64,000 bases of DNA from a virus, in the IMG/VR virus record IMGVR_UViG_3300037244_000020, positions 1 to 64,000 of that record. One strand, 5' to 3'. Below, in pieces: positions 27,735 to 35,917 of this stretch. Position numbers and translations under genes: made by a program. The first letter of the stretch is position 1. Each line of letters starts with the position of its first letter. The notes beneath the pieces were generated by a model, which worked only from the letters and a program-made list of their open reading frames with translations, did no database searches and had not been told where the DNA came from.

Positions 27735-27764
27735 CTGTTAAAACGCTTTGCGCAGCGACTTTCG

Positions 27765-27926
27765 TCACACTCCCAAAATATCCACTTTCGTCTGCTGGCG
27801 CGACAATTCCCACAGTTCCGCGAGCAACTCGTCTGCTACGCTGGCGCGTGGCTGTTCGCGCAATGCTGCTTGAATCTCCTGCTCGCGCATCCGCAGCGCT
27901 GCACTCACGCGTTCTTCAATGGTCAT
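27765..27926 (-). CDS. hypothetical protein, paralogue of 25843-26004
   Basis: MTIEERVSAALR...DILGV. Confidence 0.7.
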   Translation of the reverse strand: MTIEERVSAALRMREQEIQAALREQPRASVADELLAELWELSRQQTKVDILGV

Positions 27927-28171
27927 GCTCGCTTCTCCTTTCCCACCAGCGCCAGGCGCTGGCGCTTTGACTGAAGGCTTTCGATCCATTCTACAGCCGG
28001 GCGCGTGCCTTGGAAGAACACCTTTTGATCGTCGCTCTCCTTCGGGATGCGGTGCACGCCTGCAGCGCGGTTATCGACATAGAGGACATCGTAATGGGTC
28101 GGACTCTCCCCGATAACCTCTACCAGGACCAGCCAGCCGTCACGCTTGGCGAGGATTGTGCCGTGGGTCAC
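27923..28171 (-). CDS. hypothetical protein (present only in the second duplicated block)
   Basis: GTG start, ATGA overlap. Confidence 0.5.
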   Translation of the reverse strand: MTHGTILAKRDGWLVLVEVIGESPTHYDVLYVDNRAAGVHRIPKESDDQKVFFQGTRPAVEWIESLQSKRQRLALVGKEKRA

Positions 28172-28173
28172 GA

Positions 28174-28602
28174 TTACGCTTGCTCCGAAGGGCTGATGAG
28201 GGGAGCGAGCCAGTGCGACCCTTTGGGGCACTTCTCGTTACCCCATTTCTCCGCCGCGCTGGCGCCATTAAACGGTCCGAAATACTCGAAACCGCTGATC
28301 GGATTTCCGACGATAACGATAACTGGCGGCAGCTTCTCGGGGTGGCGCGCCTTTTTCGCAGTGTCCCGTGCGAGGTCCGTGTTGATGGGATAAGTGCTCA
28401 GAATCTCAACAACATCACCTAGCGCGATGCGCAGCCGCTCTGCTTCGATGAGGCTCTGTGGTATGCCGGACACGGGTTGAAGGGTCACAAGCATCCGATG
28501 ATTTGTATTCTCTTTGCAATACTTACGGGCAGCCTCTGCACCCGCAAACGGTCCGTAATACTGATAGCCATTTGCGGGGGTACCGTCTATGATGATTTTC
28601 AT
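28174..28602 (-). CDS. hypothetical protein, paralogue of 26001-26444
   Basis: MKIIIDGTPANGYQYYGPF. Confidence 0.75.
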   Translation of the reverse strand: MKIIIDGTPANGYQYYGPFAGAEAARKYCKENTNHRMLVTLQPVSGIPQSLIEAERLRIALGDVVEILSTYPINTDLARDTAKKARHPEKLPPVIVIVGNPISGFEYFGPFNGASAAEKWGNEKCPKGSHWLAPLISPSEQA

Positions 28603-28668
28603 TTGTGATTCCTTGTCAGTGGGGCTATTTCGCAGCGTTTAGCGGCATGTTTGCACGTATTGCAAGTC

Positions 28669-28938
28669 TTAGTCGTCTTCATCGACTTCTCCTGTCGGAT
28701 GCTTGCTCGGCTCGCCATCTTTCCACTGGATCTCGATCATCTCGACTGCGCTGCCCGGAGTGATCAAGTCATTTCCGTTCGCGGTGCGCAGCCAAAGCAC
28801 GTCGGCATCCCGTGAGAATCCCTCGACCGTGCCGTCTACCGTGCACAATTTCGTGGCGACGCGAACGGTATATTCGCGGCCGCAGTTTTGCTCGTCGGTC
28901 AGGATGCGGATGGCGTACTCTACTAGGGAGGTGGTCAT
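28669..28938 (-). CDS. hypothetical protein, paralogue of 26882-27154
   Basis: MTTSLVEYAIRILTDEQN. Confidence 0.7.
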   Translation of the reverse strand: MTTSLVEYAIRILTDEQNCGREYTVRVATKLCTVDGTVEGFSRDADVLWLRTANGNDLITPGSAVEMIEIQWKDGEPSKHPTGEVDEDD

Positions 28939-28996
28939 GGTGTTTTGTTCCGTGTTCGGTTTCGATAAGGCGTTATCGAAATGTCAAAATATACGT

Positions 28997-29626
28997 CTAA
29001 ACTAGGCCAGCTCCTCTCAGGTCCGCGCTGCTCAGGTCCGCGTAGCGCAGGTCCGCGCTGCTCAGGTTTGCGCCTTCCAGGTCCGCGTAGCTCAGGTCCG
29101 CGTAGCTCAGGTCCGCGCTGCTCAGGTTTGCGCCTTCCAGGTCCGCGTAGCTCAGGTCCGCGTAGCTCAGGTCCGCGTAGCGCAGGTCCGCGCCTCTCAG
29201 GTTTGCGCTGCTCAGGTCCGCGTAGCGCAGGTTTGCGCTGCTCAGGTCCGCGTAGCGCAGGTCCGCGCCTCTCAGGTTTGCGCCTTCCAGGTCCGCGTAG
29301 CGCAGGTCCGCGTAGCTCAGGTTTGCGTAGCGCAGGTTTGCGTAGCGCAGGTTTGCGTAGCTCAGGTTTGCGTAGCTCAGGTTTGCGTAGCTCAGGTTTG
29401 CGTAGCTCAGGTCCGCGTAGCTCAGGTTTGCGTAGCGCAGGTTTGCGTAGCGCAGGTTTGCGTAGCTCAGGTTTGCGTAGCTCAGGCCAGCTCCTCTCAG
29501 GTTTGCTCCTTCCAGGTCCGCGCCTTTTGCCACCGCAGCACCCGCTGTTACCGCTTCGGTATTGTTCGGGGCCTCGTGGCTGAACAAAACTTCTTGCGTC
29601 GTTCTATGTTTAATTTCGATTTTCAT
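28997..29626 (-). CDS. pentapeptide-repeat protein
   Basis: Over 30 A[DN]Lxx repeats. Confidence 0.9.
   Translation of the reverse strand: MKIEIKHRTTQEVLFSHEAPNNTEAVTAGAAVAKGADLEGANLRGAGLSYANLSYANLRYANLRYANLSYADLSYANLSYANLSYANLSYANLRYANLRYANLSYADLRYADLEGANLRGADLRYADLSSANLRYADLSSANLRGADLRYADLSYADLSYADLEGANLSSADLSYADLSYADLEGANLSSADLRYADLSSADLRGAGLV
29005..29522. repeat. 15-bp coding tandem repeat
   Basis: Units such as CGTAGCTCAGGTTTG / CGTAGCGCAGGTCCG. Confidence 0.95.
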
Positions 29627-29703
29627 AGTTATCTCAGTACTGTTCTTTCAACGCATCGCGATAAGACGTTACCGCAATGACAAAGTTCGGTTTCGATGTA
29701 GCT

Positions 29704-29732
29704 ATTATTCCGTACTTTTTAGTTTTGTGCAA
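29704..29732 (-). promoter_or_regulatory. early promoter TTGCAC-N17-AATAAT
   Basis: Family member. Confidence 0.7.
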
Positions 29733-29768
29733 TCTTTAAATCGCTTTGTAGAGAGGATTGGCGCAGCG

Positions 29769-30383
29769 TTAGATGTCCACCATTTCCGGGGAAAACTCCA
29801 GGGGCGTGGCTTGAACGCCTCGAATCGGTTCTGCGCCCAGGGCTACCATGCTCTGCCCCTTTGGAAGCGCAGCCTTCGGTTTCTGTGCCGTATCGGCAGG
29901 TTCTGGTGCGGTGCCGCCTAGAGCCTTGATCGCAGCATCAATCCTCTCGCGCTCGGTCGTCAGCCAGCCAATCTGCAGCGTTCTAATCATCGTCTCTGAC
30001 GGCGGCCACTCTTCCGACTCGATCGCGGGAAGCATCACGGCGCGCAGCCACCTATGGAAGTGGATAGCAGGGCCGTAGGCGGCTTCGGACCAGTCGTCGG
30101 TACGTGAGGCAGGGGTAGCGGCGAAGAGGCCCTCACGGGTCACGCATTTGCGCGGGTAACGCTTCCCGGCGAAGGGGAGAGTGCGAATCTCTACTTCGTC
30201 GCATGTGGGGCGCATGCGATCAGGGCATTCATACAGCAGCGCTTGCGCCAGTTCGGTGAACGGGAAGAAGAATTCGCCATCACAGCGTACGGCGGTCACG
30301 GGGTGAGTGTGCCCGTCATGGGCGGGGTAAGTGAGTGTGAGGGTGTCGGAGGGGGTGATCATGGTTTCTTGGGTGGGCCTCAT
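29769..30383 (-). CDS. BRO-N-like protein
   Basis: GEFFFPFTELAQAL..VTREGLF..FHRWLRAVMLPAI. Confidence 0.6.
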   Translation of the reverse strand: MRPTQETMITPSDTLTLTYPAHDGHTHPVTAVRCDGEFFFPFTELAQALLYECPDRMRPTCDEVEIRTLPFAGKRYPRKCVTREGLFAATPASRTDDWSEAAYGPAIHFHRWLRAVMLPAIESEEWPPSETMIRTLQIGWLTTERERIDAAIKALGGTAPEPADTAQKPKAALPKGQSMVALGAEPIRGVQATPLEFSPEMVDI

Positions 30384-30733
30384 TCCGGGGTACCTACGAG
30401 GATCATGGATTTGCAGCCAAGGGCGACTACTTCGAATTCCGAGAGTTTGCGCGCCTTTTGATCAGGCTTGAGCTTGGCGCCGTACGTGATCAGGATGCGG
30501 ACACCTTCCTCAGTGACGACACCCCAGGCGGTCGCGCCTCGCACACCTCGGACATAGGTTAGACAGGGCCACTTCCCAGAGACGCCACTAGCGCTACTCT
30601 GAGAGTAGCCTAGCCAGCGCGCGATATCAGAGGCGACAAAAATCAACTGCCCGCCTGCCAGCGCGCATCGTATCTGTCCAGGGCCGTCCTTAAAGACGTA
30701 GGGCACGCTCATGAACTCGGGGATGTCACGCAT
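30380..30733 (-). CDS. BRO-N-like protein
   Basis: IRC..GQLIFVASDIARWLGY..VVTEEGV. Confidence 0.6.
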   Translation of the reverse strand: MRDIPEFMSVPYVFKDGPGQIRCALAGGQLIFVASDIARWLGYSQSSASGVSGKWPCLTYVRGVRGATAWGVVTEEGVRILITYGAKLKPDQKARKLSEFEVVALGCKSMILVGTPE

Positions 30734-31370
30734 GAGCGGTCTCCACTCGGCTCGTCTTGGCTTTCTGGTCAGCGCGCCACTTACGGGCGCGTTCTATAGC
30801 TTTGAGGCGGCGGTCTTCGGCGCGTGCCGGGGCCGTCTTCGCACTTCTGATCTTGCGCAGTTCCCCCTTTATGGCGAGGATTTCGGCTCTCTTCTCTCGC
30901 TCGATAGCCCGTGCCTGCTCATCGGCTTTGACATCTTCAGCGATCAGTAACCAGGTGGGCGGCTTTTTCGGCGCGTTTAGGCGGTCAAGCCTCGCTTGCA
31001 TGCGTCTGGACCGGGGGATCTGGTCAACAGGCACCTCAAGACTCCAGTACTTGTGGCGCGACTGCCCCCGGCGATCCCGCTCGCGGGCTAGCTGAAGTAC
31101 GCAGTCCTCGGGGGACTGTGCGTCAGGGTCGTTCAGCGCTTTGCCACTTTCCCAGTAGATACGCAGTGTCAGGTACGCGATGCGTTCGTCCATCTGCAGG
31201 AAGTTTTCCGCAGCTTCTTCGGCGTGGCGTTGTAGGTGTTCGTATTGGTCAGTATCGTACGCCGCGTTTGCCAGTTTCTGGCGCTGCAGCGCATGACCCC
31301 AAGACACGTCCTTCTTTACCCTGGCCTTCGCACGGCGTACGTAGAGGGAGGGGCTTACTTTGCTGGACAT
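30726..31370 (-). CDS. basic hypothetical protein
   Basis: AAGGA RBS before MSSKVSP. Confidence 0.6.
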   Translation of the reverse strand: MSSKVSPSLYVRRAKARVKKDVSWGHALQRQKLANAAYDTDQYEHLQRHAEEAAENFLQMDERIAYLTLRIYWESGKALNDPDAQSPEDCVLQLARERDRRGQSRHKYWSLEVPVDQIPRSRRMQARLDRLNAPKKPPTWLLIAEDVKADEQARAIEREKRAEILAIKGELRKIRSAKTAPARAEDRRLKAIERARKWRADQKAKTSRVETAHA

Positions 31371-31383
31371 GCGCGTTCCTTGC

Positions 31384-31454
31384 CCTGTGACGATGGGCCT
31401 TGGCAGGCCCTGCATAAGGTCAGGGGGCCTTTGCAGGCCGCCCATCGTCACAGG
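31384..31454. repeat. 15-bp perfect inverted repeat / leader hairpin
   Basis: CCTGTGACGATGGGC...GCCCATCGTCACAGG. Confidence 0.8.
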
Positions 31455-31592
31455 ACCCTTATGTTTAGCTTGTTCCCTGTGTATCTGCCAAGATTTGCAG
31501 GGGGCTTTAAGGTTCGCAGCGCTTTGCACGCCGCGTTCGGAAAGGTAGGCCAATCTCAGCGATTTGTCAATACCTCCCGCAGCGACTGACCG

Positions 31593-31739
31593 ACCGTACG
31601 CAGAGCTACCCCCCCCGGCGGAAACCCCCAGGTTGGGACTTTGTTAGTCACTTTTGTACAGAGAGATATCTTATACAAAAGTAACTAACATTCTTCTTCC
31701 CTGCGAGTTTCCTTCTGGGGGGGTGCCTTTGCGTACGGT
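31593..31739. repeat. ~147-bp nested imperfect inverted repeat
   Basis: Outer ACCGTACGCA..C-run / G-run..TGCGTACGGT; inner TGTTAGTCACTTTTGTA / TACAAAAGTAACTAACA. Confidence 0.8.
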
Positions 31740-31805
31740 AAATAACTCCAATAAATTCAACTACTTATAAGTGCACTTTTTTGGTGCACTAGCAATGACA
31801 AGTAG

Positions 31806-32247
31806 TTAGCTGCATTCAATGTAGGCTAATGCCTATTTTTTAAGCACCGCTGCCTAATTTTTAAGCATTAGCCTACATTGAACGTAGCTAGGTTTTGCCT
31901 ATTTTTTAAGCATTAGCCTACATCAATGTAGGCTAATTCGGGTTTAGCCTACATTGATGTAGGCTAATTTAGGGTTAGCTGCATTCAATGTAGGCTAGTT
32001 TCCTTACAAAGCTGAGAGAGGCTCCCGAACGCCGTTGTAAGGAAACTCATGAGTGGCGTGAAAACAACGGGTTTTTAGCTGCACTCAATGTAGGCTAATG
32101 CCCGATTAGCCTACGTCAATGTAGGCTAATGCCTATTTTTTAAGCAAAAGCTAGCCTACGTCAATGTAGGCTAATGCCTATTTTTTAAGCAGGTGAGCGG
32201 AAAGCGTGCCTATTTTTTAGGCATTAGCCTACATTGAATGCAGCTAA
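31806..32247. repeat. nine 24-bp quasi-palindromes interleaved with six Fis-consensus 17-mers
   Basis: TTAGCCTACATCAATGTAGGCTAA variants at 31806, 31868, 31913, 31944, 31975, 32075, 32106, 32151, 32224; TGCCTAWTTTTTARGCA at 31830, 31851, 31896, 32130, 32175, 32207. Confidence 0.9.
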
Positions 32248-32435
32248 AAACTCCGAGTTGCGTCAGACGAACGCTGAAAAAATATGAAAAATATTTGGGC
32301 AACCTGCGAACAACCAGCCGAAAAAGAGGCCAGTGAAGAAAACCCCGCCCGTTGTCAAGAGACTTTCTTTGGTTGTCTCTGCGTCTTTCGGGAAGAGGAA
32401 GAGCGGTTTGTGGTGTTTGTGTTTGTGGTGCATGG

Positions 32436-32624
32436 TTAGACCTCCGCCAATTTCTTGCTGTATGTGAAGAGGCGGTAGCTGCCGGATAGCTCGACAAACA
32501 CAGGGAACTCTCCGACACGCGCGGGACGATGAACGTCTCGGCTGTATCTCGGCTTATCTACGCTGCCTACCAATTTGTTTTCTGCGGGGTTCCACTCTTT
32601 GCTGTCCACTGTCTTGACTGTCAT
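32436..32624 (-). CDS. small early protein
   Basis: GGAG RBS within the 29-bp repeat. Confidence 0.7.
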   Translation of the reverse strand: MTVKTVDSKEWNPAENKLVGSVDKPRYSRDVHRPARVGEFPVFVELSGSYRLFTYSKKLAEV

Positions 32625-32647
32625 CTCGTTTTCTCCAGTTGGTTCGG

Positions 32648-33175
32648 TTAGATGGCTGCAGACTTGCGCTTGCCTTTCTCAAAGGCGCGCTCTAACGCAC
32701 GTTGCACGCTCAAGGCGTTGACCGTGAAAATTACGACGTGAGCGCCGCGCTTGCCTTTAATTTCCACGACGCTGTTTTCGACGGACTCCACGACGCATTT
32801 CGTGTTGAGTTTGTAATCGCTGAAGACGAGAGATCCTAAGACCGTACCCGGCTTCAGGTTCAACGCTGCTTCAGCGTCAGCCAGTCGTTTCGCAGCGGCG
32901 CGAGCGTCGATCACTTGGCGTGCGTAATAGACCTCATAGCCGAAGTCGCCACCCTCTACGTTGGAGCGGTTCCGTGCTGCGTCTTCCGGCCGCAAGTAGT
33001 CGCCGAAGTCTGCCTTGACGAAAGCCTTAACTTCGCTGCTGTAGAACAGGCCGGAGTCAAGCGCCTGCTGCGTGGCGTCGATTAAGCGCTGTTCGTGGGC
33101 GACTGGCTCACGGTGTCCGGCTGCGATCGGGACCCAAGTCGTGTATGCGTCGTCTGATAGTGGGTAATGGGTCAT
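32648..33175 (-). CDS. early hypothetical protein
   Basis: 175 aa, repeat-borne RBS. Confidence 0.75.
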   Translation of the reverse strand: MTHYPLSDDAYTTWVPIAAGHREPVAHEQRLIDATQQALDSGLFYSSEVKAFVKADFGDYLRPEDAARNRSNVEGGDFGYEVYYARQVIDARAAAKRLADAEAALNLKPGTVLGSLVFSDYKLNTKCVVESVENSVVEIKGKRGAHVVIFTVNALSVQRALERAFEKGKRKSAAI

Positions 33176-33198
33176 CTCGTTTTCTCCAGTTGGTTCGG

Positions 33199-33390
33199 TT
33201 ATTCGGTCGCTGCGATCGCGTCCCGCATTTCGTTGTAATCCATCGCGCGTACCTCGATCATTACCGCGATACGTTCCTCAAGACCGGCGACACCTTGCAA
33301 GCGGCGTTGCATCAATTCCGCGCGCATCGCTGCAGCTTGCGGAACTATCCAGTTACAGTCTTGGCGGGTACGTTCGTTAATCCGGGTCAT
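33199..33390 (-). CDS. early hypothetical protein
   Basis: Start MTRINER after repeat RBS. Confidence 0.7.
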   Translation of the reverse strand: MTRINERTRQDCNWIVPQAAAMRAELMQRRLQGVAGLEERIAVMIEVRAMDYNEMRDAIAATE

Positions 33391-33415
33391 CTCGTTTTCT
33401 CCAGTTGATGAAGCT

Positions 33416-33444
33416 ATTATATACGGCTTCCTAGTTTTGTGCAA
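33416..33444 (-). promoter_or_regulatory. early promoter TTGCAC-N17-TATAAT
   Basis: Family member. Confidence 0.8.
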
Positions 33445-33513
33445 CAACTAGTTACCTTAAATATGGGCGGCTCCCTTGACTCCCGCCTAGCACAAAACGA
33501 CACTCTCCGCATT

Positions 33514-33696
33514 ATGGACATTTTCGCGAACGTTCCCCCTTTGTTTGACGACGGTCAAGACCTGTATAGGGTCCTGACGCCGTCCGACGCTATGAACTGG
33601 CACAGTGAAGCGTTTCCGGTCTACAATCCGGGCATATCGCGCGCTGTACGTCTGCTGCATCGCGCCCTAGCCATTCTAAGGAGCGCTCCTCAATGA
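33514..33696 (+). CDS. hypothetical protein
   Basis: ATGA overlap with HU; start uncertain. Confidence 0.4.
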   Translation: MDIFANVPPLFDDGQDLYRVLTPSDAMNWHSEAFPVYNPGISRAVRLLHRALAILRSAPQ

Positions 33697-33974
33697 TTAC
33701 TGCGCCGCCGCGCAAGCTGGTTTCCCGTGTCGCGAAGAAGACAGGTTTGAAGATGGAATACGTGCGGGACGTGCTCGTCGCAGCCTTTGAACAGATCAAG
33801 GATGAAGCTGCAACAGGGTCTATCATGATTCGCGGCTTCGGCACGTTTCATACAGCGACGCGCGCTGGATGTGTTCGCCCGTCGCCGTCTGACACGTCGA
33901 AAATTATCGAGGTGCCGTCGACCAGGCGGCTTACGCTGAGGTCGCCTTCGGATCGGATTGAAGAGGATGAGTGA
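33693..33974 (+). CDS. HU/IHF-family DNA-binding protein
   Basis: LVSRVAKKTGL...IRGFGTF...R..P...IEVP..RRLT; AAGGAG RBS. Confidence 0.85.
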   Translation: MITAPPRKLVSRVAKKTGLKMEYVRDVLVAAFEQIKDEAATGSIMIRGFGTFHTATRAGCVRPSPSDTSKIIEVPSTRRLTLRSPSDRIEEDE

Positions 33975-33977
33975 GGG

Positions 33978-34559
33978 TTAGCCGTAAGCGCAGGGTGTGA
34001 ACGCGTCGGCAACCTTTTCAGAGCGCCGTGGCATGATGACGCAGAACGCCGTGCAATCCGGGCCGTGCATGACGCCGCTGCCGTCATACGTGCGTAACTC
34101 GGTGTTGGGTTTGCTGTCATGCCACGTCTGTATGGCCTTTTCGGCGTCCGCAATGTAGCTCCAATTGAATTGGAGCGCGTCTTGCTGTATGCGTTTCGTG
34201 GGGATAACACGGCGCCAGTCAGGAAATTTGCCGTCGATCGGTGTGAAAATTGGGTCGCCTAAGCTGTAACGCCCGTCGGGCATTGCTGATAGCGTGATGT
34301 CTCCCTTACCTTTGACAGCTGTCTTTACCGTGTCAGACGGCACGATAATAGAGAACGGGCCTTTCTGCGGGGTGTCAGTCCAGCGCGCAATCGCCGCCGG
34401 AATCAAGCCGCAAAACATACGATGTCCATCCGTCGCGACGATGTGGATATCCCCGGATGCCGTGAATTCAAGAAGAACGCCGTTAAGGTAATAGCGAATG
34501 TCTTTTACTGCTGCATGAGAGAGTGCCGCGCGAAGTTGGGATTTAGTGAATGTGATCAT
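33978..34559 (-). CDS. partial beta sliding clamp (DnaN-like) protein
   Basis: KDIRYYLNGV, IVATDGHRM, IDGKFPDWRRVIP and VIMP motifs. Confidence 0.8.
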   Translation of the reverse strand: MITFTKSQLRAALSHAAVKDIRYYLNGVLLEFTASGDIHIVATDGHRMFCGLIPAAIARWTDTPQKGPFSIIVPSDTVKTAVKGKGDITLSAMPDGRYSLGDPIFTPIDGKFPDWRRVIPTKRIQQDALQFNWSYIADAEKAIQTWHDSKPNTELRTYDGSGVMHGPDCTAFCVIMPRRSEKVADAFTPCAYG

Positions 34560-34709
34560 TTGGTTACTCTGCGTCACAAGCAGCAAGAAACCGCTGCAGG
34601 GTGTAATGGTCGGAAAAGCCGCGAATCTTGCTCACGTTGATCGCGGCTTGTTTTCTTTCGGATCGCGTCTCGATAGACAGGATCTCGCGAGCGATGAGGG
34701 TGAATCGGT

Positions 34710-34976
34710 TCATTCGGCGAAGCTAGCGCGGTACTGGTCGCGCGGTTCGTCATACACAAAGACATAACCGTCTTTCGTGCCCCCAGCAATCCAGGACTTG
34801 CCGTAATCGTCCCATCCGAGCTCGCGAACAAGCGCCATCGCTGCGGCTGCATGGACATCCTGCCCGCTTAATTCGTGCGGGTAGGAAATGGTGATCGAGC
34901 CAGCTTCGCACGTCGCTTTGATGCGCGAACCCTTCGTGTTGGTTGCTGAGATGTACTTGGTGGTGATTGCTTGCAT
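34710..34976 (-). CDS. conserved early phage protein
   Basis: MQAITTKY..TNTKGSRIKAT...GYVFV. Confidence 0.75.
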   Translation of the reverse strand: MQAITTKYISATNTKGSRIKATCEAGSITISYPHELSGQDVHAAAAMALVRELGWDDYGKSWIAGGTKDGYVFVYDEPRDQYRASFAE

Positions 34977-35011
34977 GATGTTTGTTCCTTGTTTCTGGAT
35001 TCGATGTAGCT

Positions 35012-35040
35012 ATTATGCCTGGGTTTATAGTTTTGTGCAA
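35012..35040 (-). promoter_or_regulatory. early promoter TTGCAC-N17-CATAAT
   Basis: Family member. Confidence 0.8.
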
Positions 35041-35174
35041 GAACTATTTGCAGCTTGCCGTGTGATCGTAAAAGCCTGTCACGCTGGGGAAGTCTTGGTA
35101 AAAATCCCAGGCAGCGTGGATTGTGACGATAACGGCGATGTAGATGATGAGTGCGCGCATTTTAAATCTCGGGT

Positions 35175-35226
35175 TAAACAACAAACCCGGGCGCCCTGGT
35201 GTCAAGGCGCAATCGTTTGATGTTTA
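35175..35226 (-). repeat. intergenic ~52-nt hairpin, copy 1
   Basis: TAAACAACAAAC..GGCGCCCT..AAGGCGCAATCGTTTGATGTTTA. Confidence 0.75.
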
Positions 35227-35517
35227 CTTCACGTCAACTGATACTTTTGCCAAGAAGCCCGTGGTGTCTATCTCTACATTGGGGGGCAGACGGTCCAGCC
35301 GGAGCCAAGCATCCCCGCCTAAAATGTCTCGGCGAATGCGCGCCAGCATCCCCGGAAACATATCACTGTTTGCGTAGCCGCCGAATTTCGGGTGCTGGCG
35401 TGCAGCAGCCATATCGACGTGTGTCCGCTTGATCTCAGGGACGACCACGTATTGATATAGTGGCGTGTCGTCGACACTGAACATTGTTTGCAGTTTGGCT
35501 TTAAATTCGATTTTCAT
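35224..35517 (-). CDS. early hypothetical protein
   Basis: 97 aa, flanked by the two hairpins. Confidence 0.7.
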   Translation of the reverse strand: MKIEFKAKLQTMFSVDDTPLYQYVVVPEIKRTHVDMAAARQHPKFGGYANSDMFPGMLARIRRDILGGDAWLRLDRLPPNVEIDTTGFLAKVSVDVK

Positions 35518-35537
35518 TTCGTTCTTCCCGTGTTTCG

Positions 35538-35591
35538 TTAAACATCAAACCGGGGCGCCCTATCGCTAAGGCGCAATCGTTTGATGTTTAA
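35538..35591 (-). repeat. intergenic ~54-nt hairpin, copy 2
   Basis: TTAAACATCAAAC..GGCGCCCT..AAGGCGCAATCGTTTGATGTTTAA. Confidence 0.8.
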
Positions 35592-35848
35592 GGCAACATC
35601 GCGATACATTCCCCAGTCTGCAAAGTGTGCGCACGCTGCAGAAACGTAAAAGTATGGTCGTGCTTGCCCGCCAAAGCCTCAGCATGTTGCTCGTTTCGCC
35701 ACGCTATGTAGCTGGGCAGGTCATTAACGCGCACGTCGCCTGAAACGGCCTCTGCAATGCAGGCTAGCGAATTGTCCGCGAACCATTGGCGGGTTTGCTG
35801 GATTGTTTCTTGTGTGAGGGCAACGCCTGCGAACATCATCATCATCAT
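35588..35848 (-). CDS. early hypothetical protein
   Basis: First gene after promoter 35881-35909. Confidence 0.7.
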   Translation of the reverse strand: MMMMMFAGVALTQETIQQTRQWFADNSLACIAEAVSGDVRVNDLPSYIAWRNEQHAEALAGKHDHTFTFLQRAHTLQTGECIAMLP

Positions 35849-35880
35849 TTTGTTTCCCTGCGTTTCGTTTCAGTAAAGCT

Positions 35881-35909
35881 ATTATGCCGTAGTTTTTAGT
35901 GAGGAGCAA
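35881..35909 (-). promoter_or_regulatory. early promoter TTGCTC-N17-CATAAT
   Basis: Family member. Confidence 0.7.
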
Positions 35910-35917
35910 GCGGAATT

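Larger units (their letters stand above)
32622..33407 (-). repeat. identical 29-bp stop-RBS-start junction (two full copies, one partial)
   Basis: TAACCGAACCAACTGGAGAAAACGAGATG at 32622-32650 and 33173-33201; partial at 33388-33407. Confidence 0.9.

Noticed and set aside
28981-29583. 200-aa plus-strand SGPR/SGLR repeat ORF
   Set aside because: Antisense shadow of the pentapeptide gene
31593-31739. Protelomerase telRL site
   Set aside because: Centre is not a perfect palindrome and no protelomerase is in the window
31806-32247. CRISPR array
   Set aside because: Repeats occur in both orientations, spacers are short or themselves repeated, and no cas genes are seen
35175-35591. Integron attC sites
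   Set aside because: No RYYYAAC/GTTRRRY ends and no integrase seen
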